Source of the DNA: Rhabdochlamydiaceae bacterium
GTDB lineage: Bacteria > Chlamydiota > Chlamydiia > Chlamydiales > Rhabdochlamydiaceae
Length of the DNA: 64,000 nt
Direction: 5' to 3'
Assembly (NCBI GenBank): GCA_047459655.1
Contig: JAJREF010000001.1
Coordinates: 688,626-752,625 of the forward strand
Within the stretch, counting starts at the first letter, position 1; every line of letters begins with the position of its first letter. The translations under genes and the position numbers were made by a program. Positions 1 to 10,162 of the stretch are shown here, in pieces. The notes beneath the pieces are model-generated. The model did not search any database and was not told the DNA's origin. It saw only the letters and a list, made by a program, of their open reading frames with translations.

Positions 1-493
1 TTGCAATCGCTGTTTTGTAACCATCGGGGCTTGGTTTGGCTTCTTTGTAATCTTCTCTTGTAACCCAGAGAGGAATGGTCTGTAAAACAGGTTGATGCTT
101 TTTGATCTCTTCTACTTGTTCATACAAAGAATTGGTGACCACACACCTGCGCAGGTTATTTTTCTCCAATCCCTCTAGCAACGCCTCAACGCCTGGCATT
201 AAATTAATTTTTCCTGCATGTAGAAGTGTTTGATAGATATTTTTCTTTTCAGCATAGAGCACCTCCCACTTGGGCTCTTCTGCATACAACTTAGGGAATT
301 CTGCGTAGATCGCTTCCTTAAGTCCTGTTGATTTAAAATGGGCTGCCTCAAAAAAGCGTGGTAAACTCCAGTTCAGCTTATATCCTCTTTTTTTACACAT
401 TTCAACATACGCCAAAAAATGAAGCTCTTCTGTATTGACCAAAAGGCCATCAAAATCAAACAAGAAAAGAGTAAATTTATGTATCCATTTCAT
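1..493 (-). CDS. HAD family phosphatase (3' end outside window)
   Basis: Manual translation from ATG at 493 gives MKWIHKFTLFLFDFDGLLVNTEELHF (HAD motif I DxDG); KPSPDGY near window start; ATG overlaps the S46 stop. Confidence 0.85.
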   Translation of the reverse strand, partial: MKWIHKFTLFLFDFDGLLVNTEELHFLAYVEMCKKRGYKLNWSLPRFFEAAHFKSTGLKEAIYAEFPKLYAEEPKWEVLYAEKKNIYQTLLHAGKINLMPGVEALLEGLEKNNLRRCVVTNSLYEQVEEIKKHQPVLQTIPLWVTREDYKEAKPSPDGYKTAIA

Positions 494-2538
494 TTTTTTG
501 ACACCCGAATCTCTTTTACAAGAGCATCTGCTTGATAGATTTTATCCAGCGCTTCCATGATGCCTTGGGTATGGACGCTAATGGCTCTTCCTTGCTTATC
601 TTCAAAAGCATAATCCCAGATGAGAGAATGAATATTGCCATCAAAAATAAGGCCTACGACCTCTCCTTGCGCATTGATGACAGGACTTCCTGAATTGCCT
701 CCAATGATGTCATTGGTAGATACAAAATTAAAAGCAGAGCCGCTTGCAAGAAGAGGCCCACGGACTTTCCAACTGAGCGGAAGTTCATAAGGGGTTTTGG
801 ATTGGTGCTTTTCCGCACACTTAAAAACACCCCCGAGTGTTGTCATAGGGTTAATAAAAACGCCTTTCTCCTCATACCCCTTTAAAGAGCCAATAGACAG
901 CCTAAGCGTAAATGTCGCATCGGGATATAAACTTTCTCCATAGCGATCAAATAACATCTGCGCAATGGCAGCGTAGCTTTCTTTCTGCACGCTCTCCAGC
1001 AGATCTTCTCGCTTCTCTCTGACGGCTCTTGCATAAGGATCGAGAGCTTTAGCAAGCAAAATAAAGCCATCGGTTGCCTGATTGACTTCTTCAGGATTAT
1101 TGTATAGCTTTTGGCGGTATTCAAGATCTGTTAGCTGTGTAGAGGCTAAGAGCTCTTCCGCTCTTTTGGCAGGCGTCTTTCCTCCCATTGCAAGGACTAC
1201 AGCTGGATGCTCCTTGCCTAATTTAAGTAAAAGGTTGTTTAAATTATTGGTCAGCAGCATGAGCTCTAAATTTTTGTACACAGGCTCTGTTGAAAAAAGC
1301 CTGAGTTCAAGAGCTGCAAGCTGATGATCTGCATACTCTTTCAATCTCTCTCCGCTTGGTTTTCCTCTTTCCTTTTCTAACCGCACAAGGTGCTTGGCCC
1401 ACGTGTAAAGCTTGCAGTATTGAGCCCCATATCCCTCTAACATCACGTAAGAGATCTGATCCCCTTTAAAATCTGCAAGAGCGGTTTTTAATTTTGCCCA
1501 AGGAAGATAACGCTCAGATGCTACATCTCCGTAGAGTGCTTGCTCCTTTTTTCTTTTCTCTGCAATGATCGGTGCTGCCTTCAGCGCTTTCTCTATCCCG
1601 TTGTACACTTTAAAAGCATTCTCATAGGAAAATAATGGATCGAGCGCGATCCGTTTATTCTCTGGGCTTTCGCTAGAGAACTTCTTCAAAGAGACGATTT
1701 TTTCTTTTAGGAAACTAAGTAGAAGTGGGAGCTCTTCTTGCTGAAAAAATTGGACATGGTCTGCTGTGAGCATCCTTTCTGTTCTTCCGGGGTGACCTGC
1801 CACAAAAAGTGGCTCAAGAGCCTTGGGCCCCGAGGCACTCCATTTTAAGTAATGCTCTGGATGAACAGGCTGGTCATTTTCATAGACTCGAAAAAAACAG
1901 ACATCGAGGTTATAGCGAGGGTATTCAAAATTGTCGGCGTCTCCACCAAAAAACGCGATGTTCTTTTCAGGTGCCATCACTAGCCGCACATCGGTAAATC
2001 GCTTGTAGAGATAGAGGTGGTATTTAGCTCCTTGATACAATGTGACAACTTCGGGTTGCAGACCTGTTTTTTCTTTTGCACTATTTGCAATATCTGCACA
2101 GGCTTGCTTGTGTATCTTTTCTTTTTCTGCAGCTGTCATGCCATCTTTCACATCTTTATTGACGTCTTTTGTGATATCTTGAATAGAAATCAAGCTCTCG
2201 ACATACATATTAGGACACTTCAATTCTTGCTCAAAACTTTTTGCAAGAAAGCCCTTCTCCATAAGATCTGTCTCTTCTGTCGATAAATTATAAATTGCTT
2301 TAGACCCGACATGGTGATTGGTCATAATAAGACCTTGAGAAGAGACAAAAGACCCCGATCCCCCCAAACTAATCCTCACGCACGCTTGCTGCACATGCTG
2401 TGCCCAGTCTGGACTTAACTTAACGCCATACTCTTGCTCTATCTTTTCTACCGGCAGCATGTTAAAGGGCCACATCCCCTCTTCTGCTCCTACGCAGCAG
2501 CACACACATAAAAACAGACCCAACCATATCCTTTTCAT
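490..2538 (-). CDS. S46 family dipeptidyl peptidase (DPP7/DPP11-like), secreted
   Basis: Signal peptide then EEGMWP, TNHHV, NFEYPR, YPDATFTLRLS, DIIGGNSGSPV motifs. Confidence 0.93.
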   Translation of the reverse strand: MKRIWLGLFLCVCCCVGAEEGMWPFNMLPVEKIEQEYGVKLSPDWAQHVQQACVRISLGGSGSFVSSQGLIMTNHHVGSKAIYNLSTEETDLMEKGFLAKSFEQELKCPNMYVESLISIQDITKDVNKDVKDGMTAAEKEKIHKQACADIANSAKEKTGLQPEVVTLYQGAKYHLYLYKRFTDVRLVMAPEKNIAFFGGDADNFEYPRYNLDVCFFRVYENDQPVHPEHYLKWSASGPKALEPLFVAGHPGRTERMLTADHVQFFQQEELPLLLSFLKEKIVSLKKFSSESPENKRIALDPLFSYENAFKVYNGIEKALKAAPIIAEKRKKEQALYGDVASERYLPWAKLKTALADFKGDQISYVMLEGYGAQYCKLYTWAKHLVRLEKERGKPSGERLKEYADHQLAALELRLFSTEPVYKNLELMLLTNNLNNLLLKLGKEHPAVVLAMGGKTPAKRAEELLASTQLTDLEYRQKLYNNPEEVNQATDGFILLAKALDPYARAVREKREDLLESVQKESYAAIAQMLFDRYGESLYPDATFTLRLSIGSLKGYEEKGVFINPMTTLGGVFKCAEKHQSKTPYELPLSWKVRGPLLASGSAFNFVSTNDIIGGNSGSPVINAQGEVVGLIFDGNIHSLIWDYAFEDKQGRAISVHTQGIMEALDKIYQADALVKEIRVSKK

Positions 2539-2886
2539 CCCATCTCCCGTGTGATCCAACCCATCATGCAAAATCCTTGCAATCTCGTCAAAAAGTAAAT
2601 AATAGACAACTCTTTGAGTTGTTAATTTACGGCATCAATCCTGTTGTTGATTGCACATTTCTAAGAGATTCTTCAGGAAGGGCCCATCAGATGCAAGTTC
2701 CCTTTGAAGGTTTTCGCTCTGCTAAGCCCATCATATTTACTCGTTAATCTGCAGATAAAAAGATATTTTTGTCTTTGAAAAACTCAGACTATTAATTATG
2801 AATGCTTTAACCTCGACCAAAAATCGATCGATCGTAAAATAGTCACGACTAAAAGACGATCGATCGTAAAACGGTCAAAAAATCTA

Positions 2887-4113
2887 TTAGGATTCGCTAG
2901 TTACAACAACCTTTTTCTCTTTGGCAAGAAGAATGAAAAAGCCACAAGTGCCGATAGCAAGTGCAATCGGGACAACGGATATTCCATATTTCAGCGCTTC
3001 AGACATCTGAGGTCCACCTAAAAGATTAATCACTCCACCCATGGTTGTGTGGAAAGCATAGCCAAAAATCATGATGATCATGTTGGCAATCGCAGTTGCA
3101 AGTCCAGCTACGTGCGCCGGAACATATGTTGACACTTTATAGATGGTCAGAATTTGATAGGCAGAGCAGACTCCGACAAGGATAAAGCTCAAGCTAATCA
3201 TACTCGCTGGCAGCTGAAAGGATAACAGGAGCACAAAGCTTGCAACCATTGCAAGACCTGCCCCAATAATCGTCCCCAAATAACTCCCTGTCTTATCAGC
3301 CACAATGCTCAGTACAGGCCCACCAAAACACATCCCAATAAAGATCATTGAAGGTAAACTAGCTGCTAGCGTGCCTTCGTAGTTATACACCTGTTTTAAA
3401 AAGGCTGTTCCCCATACATCCGCAAAGCCTTCAAGCGGTCCTACCATAAGCCCTGCAAAAATACAGGTCCATATGACTCTAGAATTACATAGCACGGTCT
3501 TGATATCAGAAAAGACAGGCGTTTCAGGAGGCGCCTTCATATCGGGCACAATCCAATAAGTGAGCAACGCTAAAGCAACACCTGCACAAGCAAATATTTG
3601 AACTACCATTTGATAACCCAACATCTCCCGCATAAAGCTCACAGGCCCCCCGCCATAGATCGCTCCAATCAGCCCGATCGTCACAGAAAGACTCAGCATA
3701 CGTGTAAAGCGCTTCTCATCAAACGTCATACGAACAATTTTAAAAACGCCTAAGATCGCAGCCGAAGAACCGATACCTACAAGCACCCTTCCTAAAATCG
3801 GATAGCCCCAGTGTGTTGCAAAAGCAAGGGGCAATATGCCAATCACCGTCAGTAAAATACAACCTGTCATGACTTTTCTAGGGCCGTACTTATCTAACAT
3901 GATTCCTATGGGCAAATGGATCAATGAATAACCTATATAATATACGCCAGAAAACTGTCCAAAGGTGGCCGCATCTATATGGAATTGCTGCATGATGTCA
4001 GTCAGCATGATATTGGGCATCACCCTTAGAATATATTGGTAGGCGTAGAATATAGAAGCGACGATCCACACCATCCATACAGCTAATCGGGTTTTGGGAA
4101 CAGAACCTTTCAT
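2887..4113 (-). CDS. MFS transporter
   Basis: About 12 TM segments, motif A GIMLDKYGPRKV. Confidence 0.9.
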   Translation of the reverse strand: MKGSVPKTRLAVWMVWIVASIFYAYQYILRVMPNIMLTDIMQQFHIDAATFGQFSGVYYIGYSLIHLPIGIMLDKYGPRKVMTGCILLTVIGILPLAFATHWGYPILGRVLVGIGSSAAILGVFKIVRMTFDEKRFTRMLSLSVTIGLIGAIYGGGPVSFMREMLGYQMVVQIFACAGVALALLTYWIVPDMKAPPETPVFSDIKTVLCNSRVIWTCIFAGLMVGPLEGFADVWGTAFLKQVYNYEGTLAASLPSMIFIGMCFGGPVLSIVADKTGSYLGTIIGAGLAMVASFVLLLSFQLPASMISLSFILVGVCSAYQILTIYKVSTYVPAHVAGLATAIANMIIMIFGYAFHTTMGGVINLLGGPQMSEALKYGISVVPIALAIGTCGFFILLAKEKKVVVTSES

Positions 4114-4266
4114 ATAGTCAATCCATTTTTAAAATAAAGTTCGCCAATAGAACACATGCTTTCGTCATAAAACGGGCTGTTTTCTCTCGGAGAGGACATA
4201 GTCTACCCTATTTGAAAATTAAGACTCAAGAGCTATCAAAATAAAAAATAATTTTTACATATCCCT

Positions 4267-4953
4267 TTACTCTTTTCGAAAAATACAGTTTAAAACAGAT
4301 CGGGAATACTCCTTTCCATACATAGGGCTTTTCGACTGTTTCTCCTCTGCTTCTACAAGATGCAGAGTATCTGAAAATTCCTCTATAAGCTCATCCAATG
4401 AATATAGAAAAGAGGGTATTTGAGAGTGGGGATCGATGATGAGCTTGGAAGCAAAGTCAGGCGAAGTAGTCAGCAGGGGCCCATAAAAGCCATCATGGAT
4501 CGAAGCCAAAGAGACAAAATAATAGCCTCCGGGCTTCAGCGCTTGCGCAAGCTCTGCTCTATAAAGTTTTTGAGCCTTCTTATCTACGATATGTTTATAG
4601 CAAAAAATATCAACCGCTATATCCAAAGAATCACTACTAATAGGCCACTTTGCAGCCGCATTCTGCCCATAAGCAGAGAGAGGCAAGTGCCTTTTTTTAG
4701 CTTCTTCATTGATAAGATCCGCATTTTCCTGGAGAAGATCAAGGGCTGTAACAGTAAAGCCCTCTTTTACAAGATAAAAGCTGTTTCTTCCCTGGCCACA
4801 TCCAATGTCTGCAGCATAGCCTGGCTTTAAGTTTCTTCTCTGATACCAAGCCATAAACTCTACTAATGCTTGCGTAGGATCCTTTCTAAAAGAAGAGGGA
4901 ATCCCTTTTCTTTGATACTCTTCCGACCATACTGTGATTAACGATTCATTCAT
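4267..4953 (-). CDS. class I SAM-dependent methyltransferase (TehB-like)
   Basis: DIGCGQGRNS motif I, LKPGG. Confidence 0.85.
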   Translation of the reverse strand: MNESLITVWSEEYQRKGIPSSFRKDPTQALVEFMAWYQRRNLKPGYAADIGCGQGRNSFYLVKEGFTVTALDLLQENADLINEEAKKRHLPLSAYGQNAAAKWPISSDSLDIAVDIFCYKHIVDKKAQKLYRAELAQALKPGGYYFVSLASIHDGFYGPLLTTSPDFASKLIIDPHSQIPSFLYSLDELIEEFSDTLHLVEAEEKQSKSPMYGKEYSRSVLNCIFRKE

Positions 4954-5270
4954 TTGACCTCTCTTACAATTTCCATACAAATTTCTGGAAGCTGTGTTTC
5001 TATACAGTTCTTTAATTCTCGGATAGCTTCCTGGATATCAGGAGGAAAATCAGGATTAATCGCCTCATCTTTTGCAGGCCACGCAGCAGCTCTTGTGGCT
5101 TCATCAGGCCAGCGGGAATAAGCAATCCACATCCCCTCTTTTGTTTTGTGCAATATTGAACCCAAAGCCCCTTTTTCTTTTACAAAATACGTCGCTACTT
5201 TTTTCCAATAGTCTTGGTACGCTGTTTCAAGACCTGCTTTAATAAACCCGCGATAAACCACAGTAAACAT
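4950..5270 (-). CDS. antibiotic biosynthesis monooxygenase (ABM)-like protein
   Basis: 106 aa, GALGSILH...WIAYSRWPD pattern of dimeric alpha/beta-barrel proteins. Confidence 0.6.
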   Translation of the reverse strand: MFTVVYRGFIKAGLETAYQDYWKKVATYFVKEKGALGSILHKTKEGMWIAYSRWPDEATRAAAWPAKDEAINPDFPPDIQEAIRELKNCIETQLPEICMEIVREVK

Positions 5271-5279
5271 TGCTTTCTC

Positions 5280-6204
5280 CTAGATCACAATATGTGCTCT
5301 TGCAATCCCTTCCATCACCTTTATCTCCGCAAGATTTTCTTGTTCTAATTCCGCTAGATAGGCTTGCATAGACGTTTTAGTAAGGACATATGAAACAAGA
5401 TGGTCAGGAATTTGATTAACTTTCATTATTTTGGCAGTTATCTCTTCCAAAGAGTGGGGGTGTTGTTTGAGCATTGCAATTAACATGGCCTTGATCTCCA
5501 AAATCCGCTTTTCATGTTTGTCTATGAGAAGAGATAAGTCAGCCACCCTTCCTCCATGGTAAATAATCGCATCATCTAAAGAAGGAAGCAAAGCCTGCAG
5601 TTTTTTAAATGAGCGCAAGGCGTCCCCGATAAATGTATAATACAAGACTGGATATTTGCTGCAGGTATCTTCCCCAAAAATAGCATCCCCACAATAGAGC
5701 ACATTATCAGGTGTTTTGATGGCAATCATCCCACGGGTATGCCCTGGAAGGGTTATAATGTCAAAAGACTCCGTGCCTATATTAATCTTTTGGTCCTGAT
5801 AAGGAGCAATGATATCTGTCACTTTAGAAGCCTGCTGAGGCGCTAGGGGCTTACATGTTTTGAGAGCTTCAAATGCTTGGGCACCTCCACAAAAACAGGT
5901 CGGGATCATTAAAGGGTCCTCAATAAAAGCTCTCTCTGCTTCTGTGCTAAAGATCTTTATCTGGGGATATTTTTGTTGAAAAAATGCATTCCCCACAATG
6001 ATCTCCATGACAATGAGTGTTGATGATCGCAGTCAATTGCGCATTGAATTGCACAAGAGATTTATCGATCTCTTTTGCAACATCTTTGCTGATACCACTG
6101 TCCAGAAGAACAGCCTGGCTATTTTTGATGTAGACTCCTATAGAGAAAATCCCATCGCAGAAATAGCTATTGCCTTTAACTCGAATGAAATTGATTTTTG
6201 CCAT
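5280..6204 (-). CDS. MBL-fold metallo-hydrolase, frameshift near 5990
   Basis: INTHCHGDHCG in ORF 5947..6204; PGHT, GDA and HGG in ORF 5280..6008; break at a G/A homopolymer. Confidence 0.85.
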
Positions 6205-6207
6205 AGG

Positions 6208-6690
6208 TTATCGACTCATCTCGACAAACTCTCCATTTGTCATTTTTTGTATCTGGCTGGAATGTAACTGAAAAACCGCAAAGGGCGTACCAGCAGCTGC
6301 CCATAGACATTCATAGTTCTTCAAAGTCGGATCAATTAATGTCCTAATTTTTTCAAGATGGCCCACAGGTGGCACTCCCCCAATTGCAAAACCTACCTTT
6401 TCTTTAACAAATTTAGCATCTGCCTTAATCAGCTGAAGACCTGTAGCATCTTCAATTTTTCCAATATCAACCTGGTAAGCGCCTGAAGCGATTACTAGAA
6501 TTGGCAGGCTAGACGCTTTATCGATAAAAATGAGCGATTTTGCAATTTGCGCTACACTGCATCCAATGGCTCTTGCAGCCTCTTCTGCTGTTCTGGTTGA
6601 ATCAGGAAGTTCTTTTACAGCATAAGAAAATCCATTCTCCACCAAAAAATCTTGCACTTTTTTTGCACTGTCTGGAAGTTGCTTATTCAT
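6208..6690 (-). CDS. YbaK/EbsC aminoacyl-tRNA deacylase family protein
   Basis: TRTAEEAA, IAKSLIF, GFAIGGVPPVGH, WAAAGTP. Confidence 0.92.
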   Translation of the reverse strand: MNKQLPDSAKKVQDFLVENGFSYAVKELPDSTRTAEEAARAIGCSVAQIAKSLIFIDKASSLPILVIASGAYQVDIGKIEDATGLQLIKADAKFVKEKVGFAIGGVPPVGHLEKIRTLIDPTLKNYECLWAAAGTPFAVFQLHSSQIQKMTNGEFVEMSR

Positions 6691-6847
6691 CGTTTAATTT
6701 CCATTCTGCATTTTTATAGTCGTTGATATGCCAATCAGAAGCACCTCTGGAGGCTCCAAAACCAAGACACATGTGAGCAAGAGCGTTCACACAAACACCC
6801 CCTTCTATTTGTTTGTTCATTACAACTACCAATTTATTCTCAAACAT
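6683..6847 (-). pseudogene. truncated DUF2000-like protein (N-terminal third only)
   Basis: MFENKLVVVMNK...NALAHMCLGFG resembles the DUF2000 N-terminus; stops after 54 aa, overlapping the ybaK start. Confidence 0.55.
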
Positions 6848-6848
6848 T

Positions 6849-8330
6849 TCAGCCTCCTTGAGCAAGATTAATTTCTGTTGAAAAACAGTGCACTGCCGAA
6901 GCTAATGCTTTGGCGCGGTATATTCCTTTTTTCTTAGAAAATTGCACTTTGACAACCCCAGGTCTCTCTATAAAATGTCCTTGTTCTACCCGAAAGCTAT
7001 GACTCCCTTTTTGTAACAGCCCAAAAGTATCGACATACGCTACAAGCCCTCCTAGCACAGACCCCGTGAAGGGATCTTCAGATATCCCTACCAAGGGCGC
7101 AAAACAGCGCATATGAAATTGATTTTTTCGATCAATAGGCTCTGAGCATATGAGGCAAAGCACCACAATGTCATGCTGCTTAGAAAAGTGAGTCAAAGCC
7201 TTCAAATCACATTCGATTTTTTTTAAATCTGCAAGTGATTTTATGCAAATAAATAAATCTTTATTTGTCTCTTCATACATAACAGGAAAAGCCTTATCCA
7301 CTAAATGCAAATCAAATCCTGCAGCTTTTGCCACCTCTTCATGAAGGATATTTGATTTTTTTAACCTGATAGAAGGTGTTTCGTAAGCTATTTTTATTTT
7401 TCCTTCCTTATCTACTGCAACTTCCATCTTGAGAATGCCCGAAAGCGTCTCCACATGAAATACATATTTATGTGCTCTTTGAATGCCAAATTTTTTCTCT
7501 TTAGCAATCATATAGAGAGCTCCCACCGTAGAGTGACCACAAAAATTAATCTCATGACCTGTAGGGGTAAAGTAACGCAACCGAAAGTCTGCTTTCTGAC
7601 TAGGCAAAACAAAAGCTGTTTCCGACAAATTGAGTTCTCGAGTGATTTTACGCATGGTGGCCTCATCTAGTTCTTCGGCTTCCAGCACAACTCCTGCAGG
7701 ATTTCCTCCAAAATTTTTATCTGTGAAAGCATCAACTCGATGAATTTGAATCTGCCGGAATGTACTGATTGTCTTTAGATAATTATAAATAGTTGCTCTT
7801 GATAGCTGCATTTTCGCAGCAATGTAGATAGAAGCTTCCTTAAACTCAAAAAGCTTTTTCCCATATAGAAGAGAGATCAGCTCCCGTTTTTGCCTACCTG
7901 TTGCAGACTGGATTGTTACCTGTTGTATTTTGAGGTAACTACCTATCAATTGATCGATATTTTCCTGCCACTCATTTACATCTTTGTCTGCTTGCTGGAA
8001 GTGTCTCTGAAGCATCAAATCAAGGTGATCTTTTAAATGTTGTAGCTGGGTTGTATCATAGCGGAAACGTAAAAAACAGCCGGTGTTACCCTCCTCACCC
8101 CTCATAAAATAAACCACCTGCTTAACCTGTTTACCATTAGACAGAACTTTATGGGAAACACCCTCTCTCATTAAAGACTCCAACTCTACCACCTCCTCTT
8201 CTCTAGAAGAAGAAAAGGGATTCAGAATTTCAATGATTTTTCCTTTATAGCTAAACAAAGATATCTCAAGCAGTGGGTAGAAAAAATTCACTAATACCTG
8301 GGCTAGCTGCTTTAACTTCTCGACTTGCAC
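6849..8330 (-). CDS. YheO-like PAS/HTH regulator fused to a PhzF-family isomerase
   Basis: HTH IAAKMQLSRATIYNYL, then VDAFTDKNFGGNPAG, LSETAF, FCGHST, EDPFTGS. Confidence 0.88.
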   Translation of the reverse strand: MQVEKLKQLAQVLVNFFYPLLEISLFSYKGKIIEILNPFSSSREEEVVELESLMREGVSHKVLSNGKQVKQVVYFMRGEEGNTGCFLRFRYDTTQLQHLKDHLDLMLQRHFQQADKDVNEWQENIDQLIGSYLKIQQVTIQSATGRQKRELISLLYGKKLFEFKEASIYIAAKMQLSRATIYNYLKTISTFRQIQIHRVDAFTDKNFGGNPAGVVLEAEELDEATMRKITRELNLSETAFVLPSQKADFRLRYFTPTGHEINFCGHSTVGALYMIAKEKKFGIQRAHKYVFHVETLSGILKMEVAVDKEGKIKIAYETPSIRLKKSNILHEEVAKAAGFDLHLVDKAFPVMYEETNKDLFICIKSLADLKKIECDLKALTHFSKQHDIVVLCLICSEPIDRKNQFHMRCFAPLVGISEDPFTGSVLGGLVAYVDTFGLLQKGSHSFRVEQGHFIERPGVVKVQFSKKKGIYRAKALASAVHCFSTEINLAQGG

Positions 8331-8486
8331 GGGAATCTCCTGAAAAAATAAAATAATATTCTAAATTGTAATTTTATTCTAGATAAATAACTGCAAATAA
8401 AATTTTTACAACACAACGGGTTATAGGTTAGAATAAACCTCTTGAACAATCACCGCTTTTCCATTCAAATAGGAGCTAGATCCATC

Positions 8487-10073
8487 TTAAGGAGCCTCTG
8501 GACAATTGCTTTGTCGGAGATTGCTGATCAATTTTTCGAAGACGACGATTTTGGGAAACGCAGCTAACATGCAGAATGTTAGCGAGTTTGAAAAATCTAG
8601 TGTTCGCAAAAATTGGCAGCAAGATTCGGCAAATGACCTGTCCAGAGGTTTCTTAACAAACTGCGGAATGAATTGAGAAGAATCACTTTGATAAATAGAG
8701 GAAACTACAACAGCCCCAGCTTTTACCCACTTTAGAATATAAGCAGGCCCGAATAAATCTTGAGGAAGGATGATTTCATTGCCCTCCATTAGGTAATGTT
8801 GAACCTCATATCCTGCTCTTTCTTGGAGAAAGAGAGCCGCACATTCGATAATAGCCTTTTTTGTAACCTCCTTTCCGTTTGTTTTGTGTCTTAGAAGGAG
8901 CATGACATTATCTAGGCTGAATATACCTTGCATCCTCAATTGAATTTCTCGATCCCAACAAGCAGCCAAAAGAGCACCCCGAAAATAATCGATATCCCAA
9001 ACTTTATTATCCGCTTTAAATTCTTTTGCCACTTGAGAATTGGAATATTTTTTTGCTGGAGAAGTAAAATATTTATGAATGATCGCATTCATTTTCTCTA
9101 CATACTCCTCTTGAGTAATCACCCCAGCTGATTGATTAAGTTTATGGGTATAATACTCTGTAAAACCCTCAGTAAACCAAAATAACTCGCTCTTTGGATC
9201 TGCTGGCGGCATTTTAATCCCATTCCACGTGTGAAAATGTTCATGGCTGATGGTATGCACCATTTCCTGTGGGTGCTGCATCCAGTAATCATTCGCGCAA
9301 ATAGAAAAAGAGTCGTAAAGCCCTCTTCCCATACAAACTTCTACAGGCCCTAAGGGTAAAACAGTGATGAGGTAGTGAGGGAAAGAAAAATCATTCCAAA
9401 AGGAACGTTGGGCCTAAATGATGGCTTCCGCCTTTTCCAAAAATTGCTGAGCAAAGGGCAGAAATTGTTTTCTGGTCATGAGAGTGATAGAAGGGTCGAC
9501 ACTACTCTGAAAGATTTGAAAGTCACCTCCTACAAAAACAGTGGTGAGCAATCCGTCTAAGGTTTTGTGAACAATTTGCTCTTGCAATCCAATACCAAAA
9601 CTATTGCCAAAGACCCAATCAGCAGGCCAACCTTCCCAAGACAAGGTGACGCTCACCTTTTCAGCGGAAGGTAGATCAGGACACACCAATAAGTGATCCC
9701 CATAACAATGGAAATAAGATGCATCTCCTTGGGGATACATAAACCAGTCAAGCGCATCTGAAGAAAGCGATCGGATACGATAAGAGATATCAATAGAAGT
9801 CTCCACAACTGCTACACTTACCAAGCCTTCTAGGTTAGGCAATAGCGGTTGGTTTTGGAGATTAAAAATAATGGGTCCTGCCTCAGGTAATGCGATTTTA
9901 AGAAGCACCTCTGGCTTTTCCACATGTTCAATATGTAAGTCTACTTCACATAAAAAGGGTTGAAGGGCAGGACGGATGGTGTAATGCAGCCCTAAAGACT
10001 CTGCTTTAAGGAGCGACATAAAAAGACAAAAGAAAAGTAAAAATCGAAAACTCATGGGGCTAGTATAATTCAA
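8487..10073 (-). CDS. M61-like zinc metallopeptidase, frameshift near 9420, C-terminus supplied by an inserted repeat
   Basis: N-terminal half with signal peptide (9414..10073); HEHFHTWN...WFTEGFTEYY...YFRG in 8487..9332. Confidence 0.8.
8491..8652. mobile_element. 162-bp palindromic MITE-like element, copy 1
   Basis: Ends GGAGCCTCTGGACAA / CTGTCCAGAGGTTTC; TTAA on both sides (8487-8490, 8653-8656); central GCTAACAT-GCAGA-ATGTTAGC hairpin; near-identical to 58057..58219. Confidence 0.9.
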
Positions 10074-10162
10074 ATCGAGAACTTTCCCAAGTTAATAGAA
10101 GTTTTGACTGGGAGAAATTAGAAGAATCGAGTAGGATGCTTCCAATTTTTTGGAGGCTAACT

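Noticed and set aside
2590..2760. Possible ncRNA or riboswitch upstream of the S46 peptidase
   Set aside because: Only short hairpins (ACAACTC-TTT-GAGTTGT); no recognisable family motif
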